Notes under the pieces: generated by a model | Told to the model about the DNA's origin: nothing | What the model saw: only the letters and a program-made list of their open reading frames with translations | The model's database searches: none | In this document: positions 12,119 to 25,162 of the stretch, in pieces | How the letters are laid out: each line of letters opens with the position of its first letter | How positions within the stretch are numbered: position 1 is the stretch's first letter | Position numbers and translations under genes: made by a program | Origin: Octopus sinensis | Taxonomy: Eukaryota | Length of the DNA stretch: 64,000 nucleotides | Direction: 5' to 3' | NCBI RefSeq assembly: GCF_006345805.1 | Contig: NC_043004.1 | Span: forward strand, 31,992,001 to 32,056,000

Positions 12119-13629
12119 AAATGTCTTTACTTCAATGAATCATATGTGTTATGAACGCGCATTGTCTAAAGGGAGGAGGTGCTCTCTGATGACAGAAAAC
12201 AACAGCGATCAACATATTTATGTTTGGACAAGAATGAATAGATACACTATTGTTTGAATTCACTTTGTTCTGAATAATAATAACATTTACTTATATATAG
12301 ATAATGAAGTAAATGTGAAACAGAAAAAAACAGCAGCAGTTATATCATTGTTGTTATTGATATTATAACAACAATTTTTCATGTTCATAAGGGCTGCATA
12401 AATCTGTAATATGTGACATCTTTATTCCTCATGGGTTGTATTATTTTAACTTCTGATACCTTACATCTTCAAATGTGACCTCACCTCTTCTAAAATCCTA
12501 GGTCTGCATCCATCAGTACCCTCCTCCTCATCATCCTCATCATCATTTAACATCTGTTTTCCATGCTGGCATGAGTTGGATGGTTTGACAGAAGCTGGCT
12601 AGGCAGAAGACTACACCAGGCTTCACTGTTTTGGCATGGCTTTTATGGCCAGATGCCCTTCCTAACACCAACCACCCCACAGAATGAACTGGCACCACCA
12701 CTGGTGAAGTCTGTTTTAACATGGCTTTTACAGCTGGATGCCCTTCCAGATGCCAACCAAGTTACAGTATGAACTTGATGGCACAACTACTGGCAGAATC
12801 ACCAAGTAACTTGCAGGACAAAAATCCTTTGTGAGGAGGCAGGGCCATTGGAGGAGGAGGCCTGAAGATAATTTTTGTTGCTAACATGTACCCTCTATTT
12901 ACATAATATAAGCACCGCTTCTCTCTCTCTCTCTCCTGCATACATTTGCCAATTTCCTTGATCCCCAGTTATTTTCTTAACATATTTGTTCTCAGCAAAT
13001 TCAACTGTTTTAAAATTAATTTTCTTCAATTGCTATAGATCATCCATACACCCCTCATTCATAATTTCCAATCAACCAATCACCCATATATATTGTTCTT
13101 TCAGATAAGACAAATCCTTGTTTGCTAATAAAGATAATAGCTCTTCGAACTTCTCTTCCATCCTTTCACCACAGTTTAAAGCACCAAAATAAAAGAACTG
13201 ATCAACAGTGAGCCATGAGTTTTGGTGTTATCACAAATGTTCTTACTGCTCTGCAGTATCTGGTGATGAGCAGACAATGGACTTTGAGATCCTGATGCAT
13301 TTTTGGTGTACCACCGACTTACACTCAGTACAAGTATTGAGTACCTATCTCCACCCATCCAACATACTGATCAAAAACACTTTCCAACTTTTACACTCAC
13401 TGTTACTGATCAATATTCTAGCTTAGCCATGCTGATAGTTTGGTTCTAGATTAATATCCTACACTGAGAACATTTTCTCAGTTTTTCAACTGATTCTAAA
13501 AGAAGTGGAAAACATGTAGCCCTAAGTTTAGATAGAAATACAAACTAAGAAGTTAATAGTTGTATGAATCTCTACCATTTTAGTAATAATTTGTCTTAGA
13601 CATTCAATGAGTCTAAGAGTCAAAATCTA

Positions 13630-13910
13630 GGTAACTATAGATATAGATATGGTATGGCAACTATAGATCTATATATGTGCTATGGTAACAATAGATAGAA
13701 ATATATAATGGTAATCATAGATCTAGATATAGTATGGTAATTAATATCTAGATCTGGATATAGTATGGTTTCAATAGATATGGTATGGTAACTTTAGATG
13801 CAGATAGGGTATAGCAACTTTAGATGTAGAAATGGTGTGGTAACTAAGATCTAGATATGGTAAGATATAACAGCTGGAGATATAGAAATTGTATGGTAAC
13901 TATAGATACT
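13630..13910. repeat. Degenerate minisatellite of about 25 bp (tatggtaactatagatctagatatgg-like)
   Basis: About 11 recurrences of ggtaactatagat variants. Confidence 0.8.
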
Positions 13911-14094
13911 TGACGATAAATAAATAATATATTGATTAAAATGAAGTGCAGCAAAAGATAAGATCAGTCTTTTCTAATGTAGTAATGAGTTATGTTAGAA
14001 ATATAGTCAAGAATATAGCAAAAATATTGCTTGTTGTTCCAGTTTGGTAGAAGCCATGATGTCTTAAAGAATTGAAAGAACTATTAATACTTAC

Positions 14095-14226
14095 TAAATG
14101 AACTTCTCCAAGACCTAGCAGAGCTCGGCCAAGGGTCTGAAAGGCTGACCACCAGTTTGGTTGTAAACGTGTGGCCTTCTCTGCAAATTGAACAGCAGGA
14201 AAAACTTCATGTAATATTAACAATGC
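14095..14226 (-). CDS. TTC33: TTC33 coding exon 3 (TPR)
   Basis: ttgcag|ALLILHEVFPAVQFAEKATRLQPNWWSAFQTLGRALLGLGEVHL|gtaagt; 132 nt, phase 0. Confidence 0.95.
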
Positions 14227-15869
14227 CTGCAAGAAAGAAAATACCGTTATGTTCTGAATAATCAAGACTAGATCCTTTACTTCCTCTTGCTTCTTCACAC
14301 CATGTTAGAATGCAAAGTATGTTAGGCACATGCATTTGTTGTTTAAGTTTCCACTATAGAAGATTCTGTGTTCAGACCCCCTACAGTTTTTCTTTGAATG
14401 TACATTGTTTAGTGTTTATACTCTATGTTTCTTTAATGTTGTTAACCCATAGCTGAGTGGAAAAACATTCACAAGCAAATGAGGACATATCTCTTTGAGA
14501 GAGAGAGAGGGGGGGGATCCTTGCCTTTTTTCCACTTCATCCTTACTACAAACACAGCCAAAATCACCATCATCATTGGTTTACTGTTTGGCTTTTGCAA
14601 GAAATAGATTTGCAATACAGTATCACACCATGTCTCAATCCTGCAATTCTCATACACATTACAGCATTTTAAGCTTTGTCTTTTTAAGTTGGTTCACGTT
14701 GATCTGCCACACAGATGTCCTCTATTCAGTGAAATTGCTTGTCAAAACCTTTGCTGTTTTATTATTTAATTTTTCCCAAATTTTGAATTCATTTCCAGAT
14801 CACATGGACCCTTAGAATCAGATTTATGTAGTAATAATCAGAGGAGAGATAAATCTTCCCCTGGGTAAAACAATAATGTACTGTTAATACATTCAACACT
14901 GAAACCTAACAAATCACATACCAGTGAAATAACTATGATTCCCTAGTATCCATGTAGAACTCAAGTGGACTTAATTCTTGACAGACGCAATCTAATGGAA
15001 GTAAGATACACCATGGTAGCTTGTTCACTCTTCGGTCCACTCAGACATCATACACTGTTATATCATAAAACTTCATTTAAGCTCTGATGAGCTTTTAACT
15101 GTCAGCGTTTGGTGCCATCTTCATGGAATTATGTAAATGAGGAATAAATTCCATTCTGGGATATTCCCAAAGTTAAGTGAACTGAGGTTATATAGAATAA
15201 AGTATTCAGTCGAAAGATTTGGGGCATTGGATTCAAACCGATGAACAACAAGCAGGTAGTTCAATATCATACCCACACAGCCATCTTGTTTCTACATCAT
15301 TTCAGTCAGGCAGATAACCTCCAACATAAACATTTTCTGTTCCTGAGAACAATCATCCACCTGCTACAAAGGGCTTCATGATTCCACAATTTCAATCATT
15401 TGCATAACTCTTTGGGTCAGATGGCTTATTATTGGTTCTCTTCTCCTATTTTCATCAATAAAAAGATAAGGAAGCAGCAGTCTTACACTGCAAGACAGTG
15501 CACTGGTTAATTATGTGGTTGAACTTAAGATCTGTGGATTTGGTACTCCTCAATAGTTAGGCAATAAAATGCTGATACCATTATAATCTATTATCTAACA
15601 ATATGTTTAATTATGTATATATTATGTATGCTAGAGAGAGTATACAATGATCCATGACCATATGAAGCATGAGAAATATTAATGTTATTGTATGTGTATA
15701 TACACAGACACACGCACACACATACATACATTTATATATATATTCTTAGTGCAAGTTTTGAAGAGTGCAGTCCGATTTTTAACAGTTATTTTTTTCAAAG
15801 CTAGCTCCTTTATCTGTTTGGTGGAGAATAAAAGGTTTAGTCCACTTTGAACTTTTAAACCTGAACCAA

Positions 15870-16303
15870 GTGAAGACAAAGAAGATCTACTGTGAGCAGC
15901 TTAAGTCAGTGCTAGAAGAAAAATGACCATCTTTGGTTTCAAGATGAAAGGTGTTCTTCCATCAGGATAATGCTTGGCCACACACAAAGAGGTTGACATT
16001 CCAAAGACTGGAGCAGTTTGAATGGGAAACAATACCCCACCCACCATATTCGCTGGACTTTTCCCCATCTGATTATCATTTATTCTGCAGGCTTCAAAAC
16101 CATTTGGATGAAAAAAATATGAAGGAGTATTTTTTGTCATGGACAAGTGAATTTTGGAAGAGGAGCCTTGCAAGTCTACCAGATAGATGGAAGAGCATTG
16201 TAGAAAATGAAGGAGAGTATACTTTAGATTAAAAAAGAATTTTATCTTAATTTAAAAAAATAAAAATATTAAAAAACTATATTATTAATGGGATGACCCA
16301 ATA
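15870..16303 (+). mobile_element. Mariner transposase 3' relic with right TIR
   Basis: FHQDNAWPH...WETIPHPPYSLDFSPSDYHLF (YSPDL/D34D region); ends gggatgacccaata followed by TA. Confidence 0.88.
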
Positions 16304-16602
16304 TATACATAAAGGACAAAGATCTTTCCCAAATCATATAGTCTCCCAGTTTCGGTAGTGCATATATACCCCACTGGATGGGACACCAGTCCATCGCAGG
16401 ATTATTCATTTTTGCAGCTGAGTGGACTGGAGCAACATGAAGTGAAGTGTTTTGCTCAAGAACACAACATGTTGGCAGGTTCAGGAATAGAAATCACAAT
16501 CTTACAATCATGAGTCCATCACCCTAACCACAAAGCCACATGTCTCCAAGTACATATATATTGGATGGTGTGTGTTTGGATGCATATGAGAGTTGAGACT
16601 AC

Positions 16603-16684
16603 CTGTGCTTTCATTTCATGAAGTCTAGCATCATAGGGTGTCAGCTGGATAGCTTCGCTCCATATTTTGATAGCTTCCCAATAC
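16603..16684 (-). CDS. TTC33: TTC33 coding exon 2 (TPR)
   Basis: ttctag|G-YWEAIKIWSEAIQLTPYDARLHEMKAQ|gtagtc; 82 nt, phase 2 to 0. Confidence 0.95.
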
Positions 16685-17694
16685 CTAGAACAAAGAAAAA
16701 GCTTAATAATAATAAAAATAGTAATAATAATTGTTTCTAAAATAGGCACAAGATCTCAAATTTTAGAAGAGAGGTCTGTGGTTAGTCAAATAAATATATT
16801 CCTGAAAGGCAAAGTTGACCTCAGCCAGATTTGAACTTAGAATGTAAAGAGCCAGAACAATACAGCAAGGTTTTTGCCTGATACTCTAATTATTCAACCA
16901 ATTCACCACCAACAATTATAATTCTTTCTAATTTTAGTTTAAGGCCAGCAATTTTGAGGGGAGGGGCAACTTGATTACATGAACCCCAGTGCTTGACTGG
17001 TACTTATTTTATCAAGCCCAAAATGAGAAAAGGCAAAGTTGACCGCAGCGTAATTTGAACTCAGAACATATAGAGTTTTGTCCACTGTGCTACATTTCTC
17101 GCACTTTAACGACAATAATTATAATTTTTCACACTGGCCACTATTTATAGAAAAAAAACAGCCCAAAAACAATATTTCTTTACTACCCACAAGGGGCTAA
17201 ACACAGAGGGGACAAACAAGGACAGACAAACGGATTAAGTCGATTACATCGACCCCAGTGCATAACTGGTACTTAATTTATCGACGCCGAAAGGATGAAA
17301 GGCAAAGCCGACCTCGGCGGAATTTGAACTCAGAACGTAACGGCAGACGAAATACGGCTACACATTTCTGAAATGTTCCCAGTATATGTCTAGTACTGAC
17401 ATCAATAAAATTTGAACTTGACAGACAACTGATTGATGTAATTAATGAGTTGCACTGGAGTGGAACATATCAGATTTAGACACAATAAACCACACAACAT
17501 TAGAAGCCAACTGAAGAAATAAAAACTCATACTATACACCAGACATCCAGCACTTATGCTTTCCAAGAACAGAAGATGAGAAGGGGCTACAGTATTTTGT
17601 TGATGTCTAAATATTTAAGAATGCTATAGCAACATAGCAACAGCTTAATACCAGAGAGAATGATACAGATGGAGATTTCAAGATTTTTTTAGAG

Positions 17695-18391
17695 CAGTAA
17701 TTCCCAACCTTTTTTAGTTCAATGACTACTTTCACCAAACAATGTTTTATAAACAACTTCTTTCGATATTTTGCAGAGAAAAAAGTGTAATATTTTAATC
17801 AAACATAAGCTAATTTTGTGCAGTGGTTTATTAACCATGTTTTTATACTCTCCCATCCAGCATGTGCTTCTGTTTTTAGATATTTCAGTGGCTGGTATCT
17901 TCATGTTAAATTTTTTACAGAAATTATTATGTAATAATCTTTTCTACTCTAGGCACAAGGCCCGAAATTTATGGGTTGGGGGCCACTTGATTAGATTGAC
18001 CCCAGTATGCAACTGGAGATGAAAGGATGAAAGGCAAAGTTGACCTCGGTGGAATTTGAACTCAGAACGTAAAGGCAGACAAAATACTGTTAAGCATTTC
18101 GCCCAGTGTGCTAACGTTTCTGCCAGCTCGCCACATTATTATTATATAACAATAGAATTATAATGGATCTTACTATATCATCCATCATATTTCTTTTCAG
18201 AGATAATAATGTCTGAATCTTGAGAAAGATTTTTGTGGTAAAAATATATTAAAATATGAGCATCATACCTGATTTAAGGAATGACCTCTCTGAACTCCCA
18301 GGGCTATCACATCACCCCTTAACATTTTTCTATCCCTTGCGAGCAAACAAAACCCCCAAGGGGTTGTTAATACCTAGGTTTAGAAGCACTG
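17695..18391. mobile_element. hAT (Charlie-like) MITE interrupted by a SINE at about 17940-18135
   Basis: Ends CAGTAATTCCCAACCT / AGGTTTAGAAGCACTG; 8-bp TSD ttttagag/atttagag, close to the NTCTAGAN preference. Confidence 0.7.
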
Positions 18392-19155
18392 ATTTAGAGG
18401 AACTGAGGTTTCATCAATAAGTATATGTAATGGGTGTCTTCTACACTAAATGTATTAGAGCAATTTAAGAAGACAGTTAGTGTGTTTCACACATAATTTC
18501 AACCTTCCATTGTACAGGTTTGTTTTCAGCAGTTAAAATTCCGTCAAGTCAACCAGAGAGCAAATATGATGGTGTATTGGACAACTATAAATATTTTTGA
18601 AGCCTGAGTACCCCAAGTATAAAAATATTCACTTAGCCGAAAGAGTAATGTAACAACATTTATTTGACAGAAACAAGCCAATGTTACCCGTCAAATTGTG
18701 AGGATCACATGTATAAATGTTCTGATGTAAATAATGACACTTCAAAAGCTGGGGTCCTGAAACACTACACCAAAGTAATCATAATATTCAATACACAAAG
18801 ATAGAGCCTCTATGTGGTCATATGACACATTAAAAATAACAGACAAATTCCTTCAAATTGTACCCTACTAGCTTAAAAAAAAAGTTATTTTTGGTGATGG
18901 TTTAAATGCTTTTGATCTGTTTGCTTAATGAAGGTTGATCTGGAGCTAAATGCCAATAACAACTTTATAAAGAACAAAGCTACATATACACATATCAGAT
19001 GAGAACACCTGAAGACTACAGAGGTATGAAACTTGAGTTGCAAGATAAAAATTCAGTTTCAGTAAACCATATACTTTCAATGTATGTATTGAGCAGTGTT
19101 CTCTCATTTGTTCAACACAATTCAACATTAATATGATGTATATCATTATCATTTA

Positions 19156-19481
19156 GTGAGGGCGCGTGGCTTAGTGGTTAGGGCATTCGGCTCATGATCG
19201 TAAGGTTGTGAGTTCGATTCCCGGCGACGCGTTGTGTCCTTGAGCAAGACACTTTATTTCACGTTGCTCCAGTCCACTCAGCTGGCAAAAATGAGTTGTA
19301 CTTGTATTTCAAAGGGTCAGCCTTGTCACTCTCTGTGTCACGCTGATTATCCCCGAGAACTACGTTAAGGGTACACGTGTCTGTGGAATGCTCAGCCATT
19401 TGCATGTTAATTTCACGAGCAAGCTGTTCCGTTGATCGTATCAGCTGGGACCCTCGTCGTCGTAACCGGCGGAGTCTTTAG
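19156..19481 (+). mobile_element. Full-length young tRNA-derived SINE with 14-bp TSD
   Basis: A box TGGCTTAGTGG and B box GAGTTCGATTCC; TSD atcattatcattta at 19142-19155 and 19482-19495. Confidence 0.9.
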
Positions 19482-19899
19482 ATCATTATCATTTAATGTC
19501 CAATTTCCGTGCATGGACTGGATGGTTTGATAGGATCCAGCAAATTGCAGGGCTGTACAAAGCTCCAGTGTTAACTGTGGCATGTTTTCTGTGATTGGAT
19601 ACTGTTCCCAACACCAACTACCTTACAATACAATGTGTACTGGGTACCTTTTTTCATGTCACTAACATTAGTGAGCTCACCAAGTAAGTTGTAAGACAAA
19701 AATTGAATGGAAAAAGAAAAAAATTGTTTATGACTAAGTGTGGTGGTGGGGTATTCAGGAAGTGGAGGTGGTTTTCTGTCGGGTGTTGAAAGACTGAAGT
19801 ATGATAGCTGGACAAGTACAGGTGTCTTACTATAGAGGAGATACATGGCTACCCAACAATATATAAAGGTGAGTAGTATTAGCTTGAAGAAGATAAAGA

Positions 19900-20460
19900 T
19901 GGTTATAACAATGTGCCAAAAAGGTTAGCAGGATACATTTGGTGGATAAGTGGGTGGGTGGGCAGGACAGTTTCACAAGTGTGTAAGGGGAAAGTAACAG
20001 ATGGTTAAATATATTGAAAAGGAGTGAGAGAGATAGCAGTGACCCAGTAAGGAGGATAGATCAGAAAGTAGTGAGATAATGCACAAGGTGTAGAAGCAGC
20101 AAAGAGGGAGATGTGGTGATACATAAGGATGTCTGTAGCGAATCAGTCAAGACAGGATGTTGAAAATGATAGCAGATGCAGATATCCCTGCTCAATGCTA
20201 TTAGGATAGAAATGGTTATCCACAAGTGCGAGCCCCTTGAGTCAGAGTGGTTGTTTCAGTGCATTTCTCTTGCCACCGTCCAGGGTAATGCCTTTTGCAT
20301 TCTGTCTGCTGGGACCATAAGGTGGTCTGAGTTACAGGAAATTGAGAAAATGTAAGAATTTTGTAGTTAGAACTCTTCTTTTTACAATAACTGCCCCACC
20401 TCCAGTGTTTATAAATCCTTGAACTTTGTAGATGGAGTATCAAAGAAGACAGAGATATCT
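19900..20460 (-). mobile_element. Highly degenerate retroelement fragment, possibly Penelope-like
   Basis: Composition and residual peptide similarity judged by eye only; no intact motif. Confidence 0.25.
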
Positions 20461-21947
20461 GAAGGCATAGAAAAGTGTGTGTGTGTGTATAAAATACAAA
20501 AACATGCACACACATACATAAATGCTAGCATGGAAAAACATGTTAAACAAACAAATAAATGAATACATATATATTAAAAGAATAACAAGAGGAAAAGTAC
20601 TCAGGAATGCAGGCTGCATGGAAACTTAATAGCAAAGTGGACACCGACATGAATGAGCCAAAAATTTTTTATTTGGTTAAAATCACACATTTATTGATGA
20701 GAACAATAATTTTCTAAAGTACTAATTATTTGTAGGTTTGGTGATGAAAACAGGAAAAAGAGAACTCAAAACATGAGTATATGCATATATTTTTATTAAT
20801 ATTTAGCAGAAGCAACCGAGTGGCTCAAGGGTCGAGGGTTCCGTGCAACAGAATAACTCAAGGGCTGAGGGTTTTGTACAAAGAGTAATTCTAGGGCCAA
20901 GGGTTTCAGACATACATATGTATGTGTTTGTATAATGCAAATAGTACACCCTTATTGAGGGAACAATCTTCTCTAGTCACCGAAGATCGTTCAGACTGGT
21001 CTTTGCTGAAGAGGTCAGCTCCAATAAGGGGAAAATATGCTCATCGTTATCATCAATATCTATAAATCTTATTGCTAACGATCGAAATCACTCCCCTACA
21101 TTATTACATATATAATTAATCTAAACTACTTGAAATTTTAGGCTTATTGCATCAAGTATGCTAGCATCTAGTCAACCAATTTCAACTCATTAAAGGCAAA
21201 TTTATATAGCAGTGTGACGATTCTGAACGTCTTGGAAAAATGACAAGGTAAGAATGAGGTACGATACAGCTGACGTTCAGTCTACAAACACACAACAGGA
21301 AATCATATCTTACGGCAACAGTGTTAATGTGAAAGCTGAGAAGAAGCTAAAGCACGACTGGCAGAACATTTAAGTAAATTCACTATAGCATATAAGTAAT
21401 ATATTCATCATTTCGGTAAGTTCAAAACTACGATCTCACAAAAGCATGCCATCTCTAACAAGGGGAGATAATTTAAAAAAGAAAACGAACGAAAGTAAAG
21501 AAAAAAAAAACATTCTTTTCAGAATTCCAAGGAAAAAAGTATTAAGAGAAAGTCATTTAGTGTCTGCCAAAACTAACAGTACTTTTTCAGCCCTTCTTTG
21601 TTATTAATGTGATGCGGAGTAATATCAAAGAAACGCCTTACTCTCTTATTCTTGATTTTTTTTTTAATATTGTCATTAATTATTGTACTGAAATGTGTGG
21701 TGGCGTTTATTACTTTCAATTACAAATTGAAGATTTTCATTAATTCATAGTGTTTTAATAATAATAATAATAATAATGATAATAATAATAAATGAAACGG
21801 GATTAAATTCTATATTAATCGAATTTGGTTCCTGTCGGGAGAGCGACTCCTCGCTGGAAACTCCGCTGGGACAAAACAAAACACCGTGACGCAACTTATT
21901 GTTTACAAAGCGGAAAATTGGAAGAGGGTGTTGGATTATTATATCAC

Positions 21948-22159
21948 CTCTCTGCTTCACACAACGTCGTTCCTTCTTCCTTCAATCGTGCACTTTTGAT
22001 GACTGCATCTTCAAGGATCAAGCTCCGTTTCGGGGCCAGAGTAAGCCAGTCCACCTCATCGTCAAAATTGTCCTCGTCTGTTTCATCTGGCTGGAAAACA
22101 GTCGATACAGACCTGCTCACTTTTTCTCCTATTTTTCTCTTCCATCCAAAAGATGTCAT
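21948..22159 (-). CDS. TTC33: TTC33 coding exon 1 (ATG)
   Basis: MTSFGWKRKIGEKVS...LEDAVIKSARLKEEGTTLCEAER matches the TTC33 N-terminus (MASFGWKRKIGEKVS); donor AG|gtgata, phase 2. Confidence 0.95.
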
Positions 22160-23080
22160 GGTAAGAGTTTGTTCTCAATAATTCTTGCCAATGTGAGAAC
22201 AAAGGATCCATTCACATCTGTCAAATTCACTATTGATATTTTACACGGTGTAAACTATTTTGGAATGCACGAGTACTGGAATTCCGGGATATTTATCTTC
22301 TGGTTAGGTATAAAATTTAGTCCCACCTCCCATTTGTAGGAAATGAGAAATTAAAGGCTACCATGTTGTTATTCCACACCTACTCTGTTGTTCAAGATCT
22401 ATGATCAAAATAAATCTAGCTATAACTTTCGCGTCTTTCTTTTCTCAAATCAGTGTATATTTTTCAGCATACATGACCAAATATGTACTTGTTTTGGGGG
22501 GGATTTTTTGAGACGAAAGCCTTGTATTTGAAGGATTTTTGGTGCTATTTCTGACAAAGTTGAACGACCACATAGAAGATCCTTCGTTGATGTGTTTTTC
22601 CATTAGCGACCTAACTTACATAAAAACAGCCAGTTAAAGTAGGAATAGAAACCTGATCTTGATGTTCGCTAACAAATGTATGTAAGGTTTAAGTTTAAAA
22701 TATTTAATCATAAATAGAGGACAGTTTTGAGAATTTTGATTTAGAAATGTGAACTCAAAATATGGAGTGAGATTCGAACTTAAAACCCAAAATAAATACG
22801 TAATTTCTGTTGCTTTGAATTTATTTATTTATCGGGGAGCGCAAACACTGTTAACTGCCTTTACAGAAGTTAATACTAGTGAAAGTGTAGTGGATAAAAC
22901 CAAATTGCGAAATGTGAACTGTCAGGACTTTTTTCGTTTTCTTCAAACCACAAGTTTTAATTCTGAATTTTTTTTTTTTAAAATGCATTTTTGATATAGC
23001 TATGCAAGCTGATGACGAATAACGAATTAACTAACATTATTTACATTTGACAGACATTTGTCCTCATCTTGTTTGTTGTT

Positions 23081-23126
23081 AACACAACGTTTCGGCTTAT
23101 GTACCCTCTAGCCTTCATCAGGTGTC
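23081..23126 (-). ncRNA. Minimal type-I hammerhead ribozyme motif (Penelope/retrozyme type)
   Basis: Minus strand reads GACAC-CUGAUGA-A-GGCU(12 nt)AGCC-GAAAC-GUU/GUGUU. Stem I, catalytic core, stem II and a GUH cleavage triplet are all present. Confidence 0.7.
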
Positions 23127-23250
23127 TTGGGGAAATTCCTAATCTCTTACATATAGAACTGTATTAACGAAATCAGTATTTTGAAAATTTTGTAATAAGA
23201 CGTTAGAAACAGTTAAATTTACGTAATTTTAGTCAATGAATTTTAAGCCA

Positions 23251-23420
23251 CTGTCCTTACAGCGGAAGTCGAAACTATTTGTTCTCATTATTTCGCAACT
23301 ATCAGCGCTCCTCCCGACCGCAGGTCCGTGAGACGGTTGTGGCTTGTAAACAGTTTTGAGTAAGAACCGGAAAGAGAAGTATGAAAACGCAATGCGCACT
23401 GGATTCGTAAAACTGAAAAT
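23251..23420 (-). promoter_or_regulatory. Candidate TTC33 promoter / non-coding first exon
   Basis: Local CpG-rich island with ETS-like GCGGAAGT (23262) and CCGGAA (about 23367), a TGCGCA NRF1-like core (about 23393), and a minus-strand donor gtaagg at 23260-23255. An alternative donor gtaaga is at 23150. A candidate acceptor for the ATG exon is at 22301-22300. Confidence 0.45.
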
Positions 23421-24009
23421 AGCAAATGAATTCTCACAGAATCCCAAATGCAGAACCTGCGTGCTTTTATCAGGGACTCGAGGTGCAATAATTTTAACAA
23501 CTATAAGCAACCAGAGGATATTGATATATTTTATATTATCATTAAATTTGTTGCAGATATTAATGGTATTCTAACTAGAAATTTATCTGGTGTTGTCCAT
23601 TGTCGTCCCTCACAACTGAGAATATTGTTCATAAACTGAAAAAATTCAGTTCAACTGTTAAATCTGTCAACCCATCAGTAGTTGTTGGATTTGATCATTC
23701 ACACTACAGTCACCATTTCCACTGCTAACTTATGTCAGATTAATAACACTTTTATCAATTCTGGTTTTCTTAAATCAACTGAACTTGAACAGCAAAGATA
23801 CAGTTTATTATATGACTTAAATATAATTATTAGAAATTCAAATTCTACATTATTCAGTTCATGGACACTTTCCTGGTACCAATGTATTGCTAAAGACCAT
23901 AAAAAAGGAGTAGGTAAGGGGCACCATTGAGACATCACATAAGATATATGTTTAACAAGTTATATGATGGTCTGCATGTCACATCCGACACCACTATCAC
24001 ACAGCTTTG

Positions 24010-24663
24010 CTCTCTCTCTCTCTCCTTTTTCGATTTGAAGGATCATGCTCAAAGTGGTTTTGACGCTCACACGCACCATCTTTGCTACATTCACACTTTT
24101 TTTTTGAAATTTTTACGAGACAAAACCTGCCTCTCCATTCTCACCTTCCCTTTCAAGTGGTACTTGAAAAAGTTGATGATCGATTGGCCAGAGAGGTAAG
24201 TGTTTGTCTCTAATCCTTTCGCTCGAGTCCACCACACACATTCTTTTACCATGGCCACCAGTACAATAAAGACTGCCTTGCCTTCCCGGTTGAGGGAAGG
24301 TGGCGGAGCAATTGTCACGATAGACTTGTCCGACAGGCGGACTCGTCCCACACGTGACAGCAGCCATTCGGCATAAGCCCACAAGTCCGAAACGGTTGGA
24401 TACTGCACGAGTGCGTGCAGAACGGTTTCGTCGCCCTGGCCGCATCTCGTGCAAGTCGGTCCGGTGTGTCTCGAACTGTGCTTGTAGAGCTTATCCCGAA
24501 CATATAATCCTTCTTGATAGCACTGCCAAGCCAGGGATCTTTGGTGATTGTCCATAGGTCCCGGCCCGAAAGTTGTCCTGAACAGGCGGGTCAGGTGTTC
24601 CTCGTCGATGCCCAAATTCTGCTCGGGAACGTCGTCGCACCTCCCCTCCACTAATCTTCTATA
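24010..24663 (-). mobile_element. L1/Tx1-clade LINE ORF2 C-terminal fragment (zf-RVT-like)
   Basis: PTCTRCGQGDETVLHALVQY, a CxxC..ETxxH zinc knuckle with the terminal Cys mutated; CpG-rich. Confidence 0.75.
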
Positions 24664-24757
24664 GAATGCCTTTGTTGTAATGAAGTCGCACAGACAGACA
24701 AACAGATAAATAGACAGACAGACATAGAGATAGATAGATAAATGGATACATTCTCAT

Positions 24758-25130
24758 GGATCTTTTCCTTTTGAACGGCAGACAATTTCTAGTTAACTAC
24801 ACACTTTAAAACTTCGTATACTGGTAGAATGTGTCAAAATAAAACATTTTTTTGGATCTTTTCCTTTTGATGGACGGAATTCAACACAATTTCTAGTTAA
24901 CTAAACAATTTGAAACTTCATATTTTCATTTGGCTTTTTTGAGAAAATTGTAATTTGTAAATTTAACGTAGTTTAATTCTTCGAATTTAACCAATGAATT
25001 GCCAGCATTTGAGCTCGAATCATTTGCTGCGTTATCGATATTGATAAACAAACGAGGAGACGCACGCTGCATACACACACATATATTCAGATACATACAC
25101 ACGTACACTTGCACACACACACACACACAC

Positions 25131-25162
<32 letters not shown>

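Noticed and set aside
15084-15100. Other CTGATGA cores (also 12186, 22989, 29301 on -, 49660)
   Set aside because: No stem II followed by GAAAC and no stem I, so not hammerheads.
19156-19230. tRNA-like sequence
   Set aside because: SINE head; it continues into the SINE body, has a TSD and lacks a proper acceptor stem.
21825-22339. + strand ORFs of 118 and 146 aa
   Set aside because: Antisense to TTC33 exon 1; no recognisable domain or splice support.
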